NCBI GenBank assembly: GCA_963800895.1
Contig: CAWDDA010000022.1
Span: 9,243 to 73,242, forward strand
DNA from: an uncultured Acidobacteriota bacterium
GTDB lineage: Bacteria; Acidobacteriota; Blastocatellia; RBC074
Length of the DNA: 64,000 nt
Direction: 5' to 3'
Made by a program: the position numbers and the translations under genes. The stretch's first letter is position 1; each line of letters starts with the position of its first letter. Positions 1 to 10,385 of the stretch are shown piece by piece. The notes under the pieces are model-generated. The model saw nothing but the letters and a program-made list of their open reading frames with translations. It had not been told where the DNA came from and made no database searches.

Positions 1-1737
1 GGTCGGTTACTGTTTTTTCTCGAAAGTTTTTCGAGCGCGTTCCCTTTCTCACGGCGGGAATGCCCTTGCGCTTCGTGTAGGCCTGCATCGGGAACCGGAA
101 ATAGCGCGGCTTCCACTGCTCGGCCTTCTGGCGGCCGTTCGTACCGTCGAGGAACTGCCGGATCACGTCCTTCTGCTGGCGTGCCGTCTCCTTGATGTAC
201 TGCGAGGCGATGGTCTTGCCCGCGATCTCCGCCATCATGGCGTTGATCGCCGGTTTGTCGCGCAGGAGCTCGAAGAAGGCGTCGTCCGCCGTCCACCACT
301 TGTCCATGTCCACACCAAGGATCAAGCCAAGGGCTTCCACCGCGGCGCTCCCGGCCGGGAGCGATTCCGCCATGATGAAGGCCAGCACGCGCAGCACTTC
401 CGCGTCCGTCATCTGCAGGAGGCGGGCGAAGAGGGTGGCGGCGTCTCCGTTATTCCGCTCCCCTAGAAGGAACTGTTCGTTGTCCTTCAGCCCCAGCATT
501 TCCTTCACCGCAGCCAGCTCCGCGTCGAAGGCAGTTCTTGCCGAACTGCCCGCAAGCGAAGCGGCAATGCTTCTCGTTGCCGTTCGCGCTCTGGGCTTCC
601 GGGCGCACGTCCCAGAGCCCTTCGGAGCTGATGACGCTCGCCGCGATGAGGCGCAGCGCCAGGAGCGGGGATTTCAGAAGCTCCACCCGCACGGCGTTCT
701 GCCGGTGCAGATCGACGTAGCGGATCGCGGCCTGAGACAGCTCCGGCTTGTCCGCCGAAGGTTCTGCAGCGTCCTCCTTGCCCTCAGCGGTCGCCTTCGC
801 CGCCAGCTTGTCGCGGCGGGCTGCCTCCTTCTCCTCGAGATAGCCTTCGTGGAATCCGACCGTGCCGTCGGTCGGCACAGGCGATATAGACCTTGCCGCC
901 CTTCGTCCTGCCGCGTTTCACCTTGTCGTGGGTCCAGAAGCCTTTCCCGATTTCCATGATGACGACGTCGCTCCACCCGGCTTCCAGATAGGCGGCCTGG
1001 CGGTGGATGATCTCCTGCGTCTGGAGCTTCCAGAATTTGTCGGCGTCATCGAAATACCGGTCCTCGCCGAAGAGGTCGGAGACGATGTTGCCGGGGTACT
1101 GCTCGAGAGGGAACAAGGCCGACGACACCGGAATTTCCGCGCCAAACAGCCACGCCTTCAGCTGCCACCCGGTCGGGGCATTGCCCTTCTTGTGCAGCTT
1201 CAGCCATTTCGTCTGCTGCGCGGGCGTCGCCAGGGTGAGAAGCTGCAGCGTCCCCGGCTCGATATCGTCCTTGCGGTAAGCGTCAAGGATCGCCGGGATG
1301 AGGCTTGCGATCGCCAGACGCCGGTTGACCAGCAATTCGGTCACGCCGAACTGGCTGGCAATGTCCGGTACAGTGCGTCCTTGCGCCTTGATCGCGGCGA
1401 AGGCCTCGAACTGGTCGATCTCATCCATGGGCAGGCGCGCGATGTTCTCGGCAAGGGAGGCCTCGATCGCTTTCGCGTCGTCGCCATCCTCCAAGACGCC
1501 GCACGGCACCGGCTCGGCGCGGCCGGCTTCGTCCCCCAATGCCCGCAGGGCTAGAAGGCGGCGCTGCCCGGCGATGACGTCATAGCCTTCGCAGTTCTGC
1601 CGCACCAGAAGCGGCTGAATGATGCCGATGCTGCGGATGCTGGCGATCAGCTCCGGCAGCTCCTCGGCCCCGCCGTGCTTGCGCACGTTCAGCGGCGAGG
1701 GCTTGAGCTGCGAGAGGTCGATATGTTGAAGTTTCAT
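1..1737 (-). pseudogene. ParB/Srx-like nuclease-domain protein of ICE/plasmid type, 3' end beyond window, interrupted by frame changes
   Basis: Reverse translation starts MKLQHIDLSQLKPSPLNVRKHGG...IIQPLLV...VIAGQRRLLAL (ParB N-terminal motif). The protein continues through three frames: ORF 784-1779, ORF 450-878, and an untracked frame reading ...LLQMTDAEVLRVLAFIMAESLPAGS...WKPRYFRFPMQAYTKRKGIPAV to position 1. Frame breaks lie near 870 and 530. Confidence 0.75.
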
Positions 1738-1825
1738 AGTGGTTCTCCTTGGTAAAAAGGTGCGGAATTGCACCGGCAAAAGCGCGGGTCACCGGGGAGG
1801 CGGCCGCGCTCTCTGCGCTGCAATC

Positions 1826-2151
1826 TCACCACAGGAGGATCGTGAGCACGCGGTAGGTTTTGGAAGGATCGGCAGGGTCTTCGCTGCCGGTGTTCATATC
1901 GGGGGAGGCGTAGTAGTCAATTTCCAGTAGATGCGCTGCCCCGCATGATCGAACGCACCGAAGTCGTGTTCGCCGTAGGGGTCGGCATCCTCGGTGAAGA
2001 CGCTGAACTCGAGCACCTTGTTAAAGATGATATTTTTCGCCTCAGGCGGCAGGCTGTAAATTCCGGCGGTGATCACGACAATTCCCGGGATGTCGCAGTA
2101 TCCGAAGCTGCTGCGGAATCGGTCGTTGAGGGATGCGATTTGATTGCTCAT
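1826..2151 (-). pseudogene. DUF3768-like protein, one frame break
   Basis: MSNQIASLNDRFRSSF...VVITAGI...DPYGEHDFGAF...IYWK fits the DUF3768 pattern from memory. After an apparent 1-nt loss in an A-run near 1925 the other frame continues IDYYASPDMNTGSEDPADPSKTYRVLTILLW to a stop at 1826-1828. The start overlaps the upstream stop (ATGA). Confidence 0.7.
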
Positions 2152-2681
2152 GGCGCACCCCCTTGTGCCGCTGCGGCGGCTTCCTCGCGCACGGTATCCA
2201 TGCCGATGAAGCCCCAGCAGGAGCCGATTTCCTCTCCTGCTGTGTCGCAGACACGTAGCCGTAGCACTCACGAAAATTCTGCCAGCTCGTGTATTCGGCG
2301 GCAATGGCGGCTGCGTATTCAGAGAGTTTGTCGTCGGTCTCCGTGCCGCTTCCCCATTCGGAGCGCTTCAGGGCGATGATGCCGACACGGCCCGGATCCA
2401 AGGGCAGTGAAAGGGATTGCTCTGTCCGACGATACATTGTGCCGGAATGGTCAAGTAGAGAAAGAGAGGTATTGCGTACCAATCGGCGGCATTCTCCTGT
2501 TCCCACGCCGCAACTTCGTCCGGGTCGCTGCCGCAAGCGCCGTCAGACAGATCGATGTAGCGGCGGTGAGGATCACGATGCGCAGAGCGTCATCGCAAAC
2601 TGACGGCATTTCGACATCCTGGTCGTGGTAGATGCGCGCGGTCATGCCGTGCGCAAGCTGAAGGGTATCAACGGGTGTCAT
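2148..2681 (-). pseudogene. Conserved hypothetical protein of the ICE-like module, at least 3 frame breaks
   Basis: Coherent peptide segments sit in different frames: MTPVDTLQLAHGMTARIYHDQD...DDALRIVILT / RRYIDLSDGACGSDPDEVAAWEQENAADWYAIPLFLY / DHSGTMYRR...DPGRVGIIALKRSEWGSG...AEYTSWQNFRECYGYV / CDTAGEEIGSCWGFIGMDTVREE. ATGA overlaps occur at both ends. Confidence 0.45.
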
Positions 2682-2903
2682 AGCGCACCGCCTTGCACGC
2701 TCGCGATAACGCGGCCGTTCATGTCGCGCAGCTCAACGCACGGCGCTTTCAGGCAGGCGGTCGCGAATCGTCCGCGGCGTCGCCATGTCGTGATGCAGGC
2801 TCTGATACTCGCCGCTTGCGCCGTAGATTTCGCGAATGGTGTAGGTAAGGCGGTGCCCGTCTTCGAAATTCCGAAAGGCACGTTGGTGTTTTTCGTCGGT
2901 CAT
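2678..2903 (-). pseudogene. Small hypothetical protein, one frame break
   Basis: MTDEKHQRAFRNFEDGHRLTYTIREIYGASGEYQSLHHDMA... continues in a second frame as ...TACLKAPCVELRDMNGRVIASVQGGAL. The stop overlaps the next start (ATGA at 2678-2681). Confidence 0.4.
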
Positions 2904-3851
2904 GATCGTTTTCCTTTGCTGTTGATTGACTTCGAACAGCAAAAAAAAATGCAGCCGGACCGAGCCGGGTCATCCAAGATCCTCTTCGTTTCGCCTTGCT
3001 CGAAACGAAAGGATCTCTGGAAATTGACGCGGCGAAGCGGACGGCTGGTACAATGCGAAGTTCGTAAGAAAGCACACCACGGGAGTAGGGCGTGGCGCGA
3101 AGCGCGCGGCATTGCGCCGGGCAGGCGGGGAATGCGGCTGCGCCGCCGCGCTTTCTCATTGCCGGTCGGGGGCTTGCGGGGTGCCCCCGCTGGAAAGGGG
3201 TGTGCTCGAGACTACAGGCTCGAGCCAGGGGGAAGGCTTTCCCCCCTTTAAGACGGTAAAAACCGGCCCTGTGGTACAACCGCTAAATGCGAATCAAAGA
3301 GCCAGTTCCGAACGGCCATATCAGTGAGATCGACCCGGAATGAGGTGTACTATCTCATGGATAAAACCACATCCGGTCCAATCATTAGTTGTCGGCTTCC
3401 TTCCTATTGTTCGTCGTCAGCGGTGCGAGTCAAAAGCCCTCCTACGATCCCGGAAGCCCTTTTTTTAACGCTCGGACTTTCTCTCCAGGTCACTATCGAA
3501 GCGAGAAAGCCCTACAAAATGCTGTCACAAAGCTCTTCCCGACTGGCACTCCAAAAAAGAATTAGGATTGTATTTCAGGCGATATCGCGGGGTTGTGCTC
3601 TTCGTCACAAAGCACGGCACTAACTAATTTGAGGATGTTTTTTCCAAGGCGCTGGCGCACCGAGCCGCATCTCTTCCCCAGGCCCTATCTCTCAGCCCGG
3701 CCGTGCACGCTCACGCCACCAACACTTGAACTGGATATTCGCCGCACAGGCGGGGTAAAATTCCTCCTGATGAAGGGCGCGCGGTTGTTGCGTTGCGCTT
3801 CCAGGCGGCGCGGCGACCCGGCCGGCCGTTATTCAAGAACAGGAGGCTCTC

Positions 3852-4226
3852 ATGGCAGCTCTCTGGTTCAGGACCGGCTCGACGATGATCTTCGACACCT
3901 TCCGGCCCTCGAAGCGCTTCAAGGCCGTCATGGCCGAACGCATGCAATCGGAGCGTTTCACCGGCATCGTGGTTAACGATTTCCGAGGTCACCGTGGAAG
4001 GGATGGCGGATGGACCGCGCTCCACCCGGTGTGGCGAAGCGACATGGACGGCGGGCGTCAGGAATTCGTCTTCGTCGTCATGTGTGCCGCCGACAGCGAG
4101 GATGTCGCGAAGGGCAACGCCGGTGACGTTCAAGCCATGCGTCGGCTGGAACGACGATCTGTGGCCGCAGTAGCGTCGTGCTGGCCACCATGTTCGGCGT
4201 CACGAAGGGCGAGATTTTCGCCCTAA
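3852..4226 (+). CDS. Hypothetical protein
   Basis: ATG is preceded by AGGAGG 6 nt upstream (caggaggctctcATG). I recognise no motif, and the ORF may itself be frame-damaged. Confidence 0.3.
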   Translation: MAALWFRTGSTMIFDTFRPSKRFKAVMAERMQSERFTGIVVNDFRGHRGRDGGWTALHPVWRSDMDGGRQEFVFVVMCAADSEDVAKGNAGDVQAMRRLERRSVAAVASCWPPCSASRRARFSP

Positions 4227-4245
4227 TACTAAATTTGTCGGGAAT

Positions 4246-4440
4246 GTGACCTTGTCCGAGGATTGGGACGCGGAGCATTTCTTCGTCGACTATCATGGCG
4301 GAAGGAATGATAGCGACGGAGAAGCTATAAGAGTGCTCTACGATGATCAGGAACGTGTAACAGAAATTATTGCTACATCATTTGGCGGATCAATAGGTGG
4401 ATATGACTTTCCAAACTTTTTCACAAAAGAGTGCCAATAA
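4246..4440 (+). CDS. Small hypothetical protein (64 aa) in a low-GC islet
   Basis: ORF only. Its composition differs from the surrounding GC-rich DNA, and I recognise no motif. Confidence 0.25.
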   Translation: MTLSEDWDAEHFFVDYHGGRNDSDGEAIRVLYDDQERVTEIIATSFGGSIGGYDFPNFFTKECQ

Positions 4441-5435
4441 TCGCTTCGGCTAGTGGTGCGCTGCATCCCGCCGCGAGGATAGGAGAAATGGCGACGACAA
4501 GGACCCAGCCTACATACCGACGCAAGACGAAATGGAGTGCGATCTTGAGGCTGCATGGCAGTTAGCGCTCAAGCTCCATGGCTGTGTCGAGTGTGCGAGA
4601 GTGGATTTCATCCAGCGCCTGCGCTTCATGGCGATGAACAAAAACAACGAGATCATGGGGCCTGTGACGCTGCCCCTGGATGAAAAGCAGGAGCCTCCCC
4701 ATGGAGAGGGACGGGATCAGCCGCATATGCGTGCGCTGTCAGACGCCATTGCCGCCCGGCGTGGGCTTCTTCAAGCACGGCACGGATGAGCTGGCTGACT
4801 TCAAGGACGATGCGGAATAGGCGGGGATGACCTCTGTTAAACTGAAAGAGGTGAGGCAACCATGAGCGAGGACAAAAAACCGGAACATCTGAAAGGATGG
4901 CTTGATCGCCCGCCGCTGTCGGACTGGTCGGAGGAGGAGCAGGGCTTCGCATTTGATGCATTTCGGATCCCTCGCCGCGCTCGATCACGACAAGTCGATT
5001 TACTGCGCCCGGCATTTCGTGGAGTTCTTTGAGGAAGCGAAGCAGCCAGCGGGAATTGCCCTGGGAGAATCCATGGCGCTGAGAGGCAAATTCTTCGCGG
5101 TATCCTTGGACGGATTCCCTGCCTTCGCCTGAGCGGCTTCGCGCAGGCAGGCGGGACCGCTGGCGGGGTCGATGGGGTAAGATTGCCCGGGCGGTTTAGC
5201 GGGCTTGTACCACTCAAGGAGTATATCGAGCATCGCCCAATAAAATTCCGCGTCGGCTGTTCGCCCTTCGCGGTCTGCCAGCTCGGCGCTGTGCGCGGCG
5301 CGATCGCAGGCGAAAAGGACCGTATTCGTCAGCGGAGTATTTCGCGGCCTCCTCGGGGGTCGTGATTCCCAGCTCGCGGTATTCAGCGGAGCGTCGGGCA
5401 TGGCAGGGCCTCGGGCTGCGATTGGTGGTTATACC

Positions 5436-6061
5436 CTATTTGGACGGCGGTTCTGCGCGCAGAACGGAGGTCAAGCCGTTTGTCCATGCATCTTTAAGCT
5501 CACGGGTGGCGAAGTGCCGATAGTTGCAGTTCGTCTGGTTGGGGCCGTTCACGGCAAAGTCGCGCCCGGCCTCGAATGCTTCTTTTGTTGACTGGTCGGC
5601 CGGGTCTATGTGCCCGGCAATCGCGCGCAGGTCGGCGGCGGAAAATTCGCCGTGGAGCCTCAGTGTGACCGTCTCCGGCGTCCATTCGATATAGGGGACG
5701 CTGCACGACAAGCTGCCGTCGCTCTGGACTACGTTTCTTTTCTCTAAAACGGTGTCTGTCATGCGAGACTCGGGCTGCGGCTTGAACGGCTTCACCTTGA
5801 TCTTCGCGGCATGCTTCTCAGCCTGCGCCAGGTCGTAATCCATCTGCATCCCAAGCCAGAGCTCGGGGCTGCTGCCGAACGCCTTGGACAGGCGGATAGC
5901 CATTTCCGGGCTGACGCCGTTCTTGGCATTTACAAGGTTGCTGAGGGTCAGGCGGGTGACGCCAAGCACCTCGGCTCCTTTGGTGATGCTAAGGCCCAAC
6001 GAGGCTTCAGGCAATCCTCTAAAACATGTTCGCCGGGATGCGGCGGGTTCTTCATACGCAT
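5436..6061 (-). pseudogene. higA: HigA-family XRE antitoxin with an in-frame ~95-aa C-terminal extension, one frame break near 6005
   Basis: AGGAG RBS then MRMKNPPHPGEHVLEDCLKP, a frame change, then LGLSITKGAEVLGVTRLTLSNLVNAKNGVSPEMAIRLSKAFGSSPELWLGMQMDYDLAQAEK (HigA HTH signature). The ORF continues without a stop into an unrelated segment (MTDTVLEKRNVVQSDGS...). Confidence 0.65.
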
Positions 6062-6072
6062 GGTTCTCTCCT

Positions 6073-6290
6073 TCAATGGTAGTCGATCAAGTCAACGTCA
6101 ATCGTTACCTAATCTTCGCCAGGGCCGCCAATTCCGCACAAGCTCCTTGAGACCCTTTCCAACAGCTGCAGCACCCACTTCCGTACGGGTGAGCCAGTTC
6201 AGTCGGCCCTGGAAGGGGCGAGATGGCAAGGCAGCAGAAGATCCGAATTGAGGTATTTGCCGACTGAGCTGGACCCACGGGTGTGGACCA
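6073..6290 (-). pseudogene. higB: HigB/RelE-like toxin remnant, heavily frame-damaged
   Basis: It lies immediately upstream of higA in the usual toxin-first higBA order. The reverse frame ends ...VTIDVDLIDYH-stop, with the TGA inside the higA RBS region, resembling the ...VEIVDYH C-terminus of HigB. Upstream pieces are only weakly HigB-like and scattered over three frames. Confidence 0.3.
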
Positions 6291-6359
6291 CTGGATCGGA
6301 TTCTTAGTTGAGAGCGGGGCCGTTCCTCTCTTCTGACCTTGCTAGGTCCGGAGGCGAGC

Positions 6360-6840
6360 ATGCGCACAGCCATCGTCAACCTCGACAGGATCGTCACCGG
6401 CTCTCTCACCGAGCCTTTCGCGCCGGGCGACGGCTGCTGATGGAGGACGGCCGGATCACCGCCATCGGCACCCTGCCGGCCGACAAGGTCGCGGCGTGCG
6501 ACGTGGTCGTCGATGCCGGCGGCACGATCGCGATCCCCGGCCTCATCGACGGCCAGGTCCACTTCACCTTCGGCGACTACACGCCGCGCCAGAAGGTCGT
6601 CGGCTGTCTCGAAAGCTACGTCCATAGCGGCACGACGACGTCGAGCTCGGCGTCGGAAGTGCACGTTCCAGGCCGGCCCAAGGACCCGCCGGCATGAAGC
6701 CCTGGCGCTGGCCGCCCGTGCCTGCTTCCTCACCTATCGGCCTGGCGGCATGCGCGTCCATGCCGGCTCGATCATCCTCGAGCCCGGCCTGACCGAGGAC
6801 TACCTGAAGGACGTCGCCGCGCGGGGCCTGTCGACCACCT
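6360..6840 (+). pseudogene. Amidohydrolase-family protein, two frame breaks and 3'-truncated
   Basis: MRTAIVNLDRIVTGSLTEPFAPGD / RLLMEDGRITAIGTLPADKVAACDVVVDAGGTIAIPGLIDGQVHFTFGDY...SASEVHVPGRPKDP / MKALALAARACFLTYRPGGMRVHAGSIILEPGL. The G-x-IPGLID-x-H-x-H-like metal-binding N-terminus is present. Recognisable sequence ends near 6840. Confidence 0.55.
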
Positions 6841-6999
6841 TCACGGCGGTTGAGGCGGGAGCGCGCGGCTCAGTGAGCGGCGCCGGCGAAGTCCTGCGGC
6901 AGGCGGCATTGGGCAACAGCGCGCTGTTTCGCCGTGCTCGCGGGCGATGGCGATCGCCGCATCGAGGCTCTCGGGCCGGTGGAACGTGAAGCCCATCGC

Positions 7000-7856
7000 C
7001 TATCCCGTCGCCCGTCCAATGAAGTCTCGAACGGTTCGAAGGAACTTGGCGTTCTCTTCCCGCATGAGCCGATGGCCGCTTTCCTCGAAGATCATCTGCT
7101 CGGCGCCCGGTATGCCTTCACGATCTCGTCGGACGCGTCGGGCGGCGCGATCCTGTCGTGGCGCCCAGTGAGGACGAGAGTCGGAGCCGTGATCCCGGCC
7201 AGCCGGGATCTTACGTCGTAGGTCTTCCGGTCCTGCGCGAAGAACCAGTTCAGCATGTCGATATCGGCGATCGGCTTGAAGCCGCCCGGCGGCGTCCGCT
7301 TCGGGTCGTATTCGTAGAACGACGAGAGAGCGGCGAAGACGCGATCCAGGTCCTCGGCGGACTCGACTGTCCCATGCCGGAGGCGCGCTAGCGCCTCGCG
7401 CTGCTCGGGCGAGGCGATGTCGTGCAGGCGGGAAAGGCCGCGTTCCAGCGCTTCGTTGCTGGCCGCCGTCGCGCACGGGATGAGACCCGCGACGCTGTCC
7501 GGATAGGTCACGGCATAGGTCAGCGCGAGCATGCCGCCGAACGACATCCCGAACACCACGATGCGACCGAGACCCAGTGCCTGGCGCAGGGCCTCGAGAT
7601 CGTCGGCCATGTTGGCCAGCGTGCGCGTCTCGACCGGTGGGCGCGACGAGCGGCCGTTGCCGCGATGGTCGACGAGGATGAGCTGCGCCATGTCGGCGAT
7701 CGGGGTCAGCCACGGCACAAACTGCGAGTGGTCGATGCCCGGGCCGCCATGGAGGGCGACGACCACGGGCTTATCGACCAGCTCGTTGCCTCGCGCGCCA
7801 AGGCTGGAGCCGTGGACGTCGAAGAACAGCTCCACGCCGTTGACCGCGATGCGCAT
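7000..7856 (-). pseudogene. Alpha/beta hydrolase (proline iminopeptidase-like), one frame break near 7105
   Basis: MRIAVNGVELFFDVHG...VVALHGGPGIDHS...VDHRGNGRS...VFGMSFGG (GxSxG nucleophile elbow)...LVLTGRHDRIAP. The C-terminus continues in a second frame (IPGAEQMIFEESGHRLMREENAKFLRTVRDFIG). Confidence 0.75.
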
Positions 7857-7860
7857 CGCT

Positions 7861-8352
7861 CAGCGCGCCTTGTTCCGGGTCAGGACGGTGTCCTGTGAAG
7901 CCTCTTCGAATCTCATCGTCCGGCGCGTGCATTGAACAATGATGGTGCCATATCTTCCACACCGGATTGCCGGCGCCGTCGTCGCGTATCAGCACTTCGG
8001 TCTCGCGGACCCTGAACCACCTGTCCGGGGTGCCCGGGGGAAGCTGCCCGCCCGGCTTCGCGACGCGGCGGATGACGGCCTCGTGAGAGACCCACGCCAT
8101 GTCGCCCCGCACCTCGATCCGCATGTCGATGACCTCCAGTTGCGGGAGGCCGTAGTCGCGGCCGATCAGCTCCCAGAGCTGGGTCAGCTCATCGACCGAC
8201 CAGTAGGTATGCCCATTGAGGTTGTACTGCAGGAGCTTGTCTCCCGACGCAAAGCACGCGCGCATGCGCGGGATGTCGAGATTGGTGTTCGCAGCCCACC
8301 ACTCGTCGTGGATGCGTTTGACTTCGGCGATATCCTCTTCAACGGTCGGCAT
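7861..8352 (-). pseudogene. SnoaL/NTF2-like protein, probable frame break near 7905
   Basis: AGGAG RBS; MPTVEEDIAEVKRIHDEWWAANTNLDIPRMRACFASGD...WKIWHHHCSMH. The alternative frame ends ...FEEASQDTVLTRNKAR-stop at 7861, just before the next gene start. The tracked ORF otherwise runs 90 nt into that gene. Confidence 0.5.
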
Positions 8353-8369
8353 ATTCGAACTCCTGAACC

Positions 8370-9394
8370 CTAAGACTTCACGCGCGGCCAGACATCCTTG
8401 CCGAGCGTCACCAGTGTCTGCTCGGGGTCGAGCCTTCGCAGGGCAGCGGCATGACGATGAAGGAGTCGACGCCGGCGGCCTTGAGCTCGTTCATGTGCTG
8501 CACGACCTCGTCGGCCGTGCCGGCCAGGGTGAAGGCATCGACGTGGCGGTCGGTCACCAGCGGCAGCAGCGGCGTATAGGGTGCGGCGCCATCGGCATAA
8601 CGGACGTTGGCGAACGGCGCGATCTGCTCGTCCGTCAGGGTCAGGCCCTGCTTCTCGGCGGTCATGAACTTCAGCCGGCCCGCCGCCAGCATGCGCGCCA
8701 CACCTAGCCGCACGCCATCGCGCGCCTTCTTGCCGTCGGGCGCCAACGCAGGCATTGAGGCGCAGCCACCACCTTCACCGCGGCGGGATCGCGGCCCTTG
8801 CGCTTGGCGCCCTCGGCCAGGATGGCGCGGAAGGCCTTGACCTCCTCGACATTGCCGCAGCCTTCCATGATCGCGCCATCGGCGACGCCGCCGGTCATGC
8901 GCTGGCCGAGCGGCCCGTTGCTCGCGACATAGACGGGAATGTCGGCCCGCACCGGCTTGAAGGAGAGCTTGCCGTTGTTGAAGCCGACGACGTCGCCGTG
9001 GAAGTCGACCGACTCGCCCTTCAGCAGCGCGCGCATCGACCTCGATCGCCTCGCGGATCGCGGCGGCCGGCTTCTTGCGCACGATGCCGAGCTCGGCGAA
9101 GCCCGAGATGCCGGCGCCGATGCCCAGGATGGCGCGCTGGTCGGAGATCTCGTCGAGCGTGGCGATCGCCATCGCCGTCAGCGCCGGATGGCGCGCGAAG
9201 GGATCGGTGACGCAGGTGCCGAGCTTCACCCTCGTGGTATGCTGGGCGAGGATCGCCAGGGTCGAATAGACCTCGCGGTAGAAACGCTCGTCGGCCACCC
9301 AGAGCGTGTCGTAGCCGTTGGCCTCGGCAAGCTTGGCGCGCTCGACCATTTGCGCGATCGGCACATTGCCCAGCATCAGCAGTTCGAGAGACAT
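8370..9394 (-). pseudogene. Luciferase-like (LLM class) flavin/F420-dependent oxidoreductase, three frame breaks
   Basis: MSLELLMLGNVPIAQMVERAKLAEANGYDTLWVADERFYREVYSTLAILAQHT... The middle lies in ORF 8704-9036 (VDFHGDVVGFNNGKLSFKPVRADIPVYVASNGPLGQRMTGGVADGAIMEG). The tail is ...TADEVVQHMNELKAAGVDSFIVMPLP, then LDPEQTLVTLGKDVWPRVKS-stop in a third frame. Confidence 0.75.
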
Positions 9395-9406
9395 GTCAGC
9401 AACTCC

Positions 9407-10207
9407 TCACGCGGCTTCATTCCAGGACGGCGCCGAGAAGGCGGCGAAGCGCGTCGCCGTCCAGTACTCGTCGTCGAATTTCATGCCGACCTCGCAGCCG
9501 GCGCGCATCAGCAGCGTGACGATGCGCGACTTCTCGTTGGCCGAGATCATGGCCGCCGAATAGGAGATGCAGATCGCGACCCGCTCGCCGCTTTCGCGGT
9601 CCTCGACGCAGACCGCAATCGACTCGACGCCGGGCAGGCTCTCGTCGGTCGCCTGCGACCAGCCCTTCTCGCGCACCAGCGCGAGCACGGCAGGAGATCG
9701 TCGACGGTTTGCGGCGCGTTGGGCGACGGCGGCTGCAACGGCGCCGGATAGAGCGCGCGCACCGCATCGTCATCGAGTCGCGCCAGCATCGCGCGGCCGG
9801 TCGAGGAGCAGAAGGCCGGCAGCCGGTCGCCGGGCGAGGTCACCACGCGCAGCGGCTTGCTGCCCGGCCGCATCCGCAGGCCCAGCACATCGGTGCCGTC
9901 GAGGATCGCGACGTAACCCGTGTGGCCGGTCGCCTTGGCGATCCGCGCCAGCGCCTCGTCGGCGACCACGCTCAGGGTCGAATTGACCCTATGACGCCGC
10001 GAGGTCTCGAAGATCAGGTTGCCGACGCAGTAGCCCGAGGGCTGCATCGGTGGTGGCGAGCAGGCCGGTCTCGGCCATGGCTTTCAGCAGTCGCGACGAG
10101 GAACTCTTGGGCAGCGCCAGAAGCTGCGCGACTTCGGTCACGGACAGCACGCTGCGCTCCGGCGTGAACAGCCGGAGCACGCGTGCGACGTTGCCGACCG
10201 AATTCAT
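9407..10207 (-). pseudogene. IclR-family transcriptional regulator, two frame breaks
   Basis: MNSVGNVARVLRLFTPERSVLSVTEVAQLLALPKSSSSRLLKAMAETGLL (winged HTH) / GYCVGNLIFETSRRHRVNSTLSVVADEALARIAKATGHTGYVAILDGTDVLGLRMRPGSKPLRVVTSPGDRLPAFCSSTGRAMLARL / ...LALVREKGWSQATDESLPGVESIAVCVED. It is divergent from the ABC transporter genes. Confidence 0.75.
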
Positions 10208-10385
10208 GATCACGATCTCCACGTTCCATTTTTCCGAAGCTATCGACCTATAATTGGAACGCGCAACTCGTAAATGGCCTAAATCCTGCACACAGTCCTG
10301 CTGCATGCGTCGTGTGTTCCAGAAATCGACGATCGATTGACAAGACTGGAACGCTATGGACTGAATGAGGCGGGGCTCTGGAGGG

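Noticed and set aside
1-60. Hairpin CTCGAAA-gtt-TTTCGAG near the window start as a terminator of the ParB-like gene
   Set aside because: On the coding (minus) strand it is followed by an A-run, not a U-run. The ParB-like frame is still open through it, so I cannot place the gene end inside the window.
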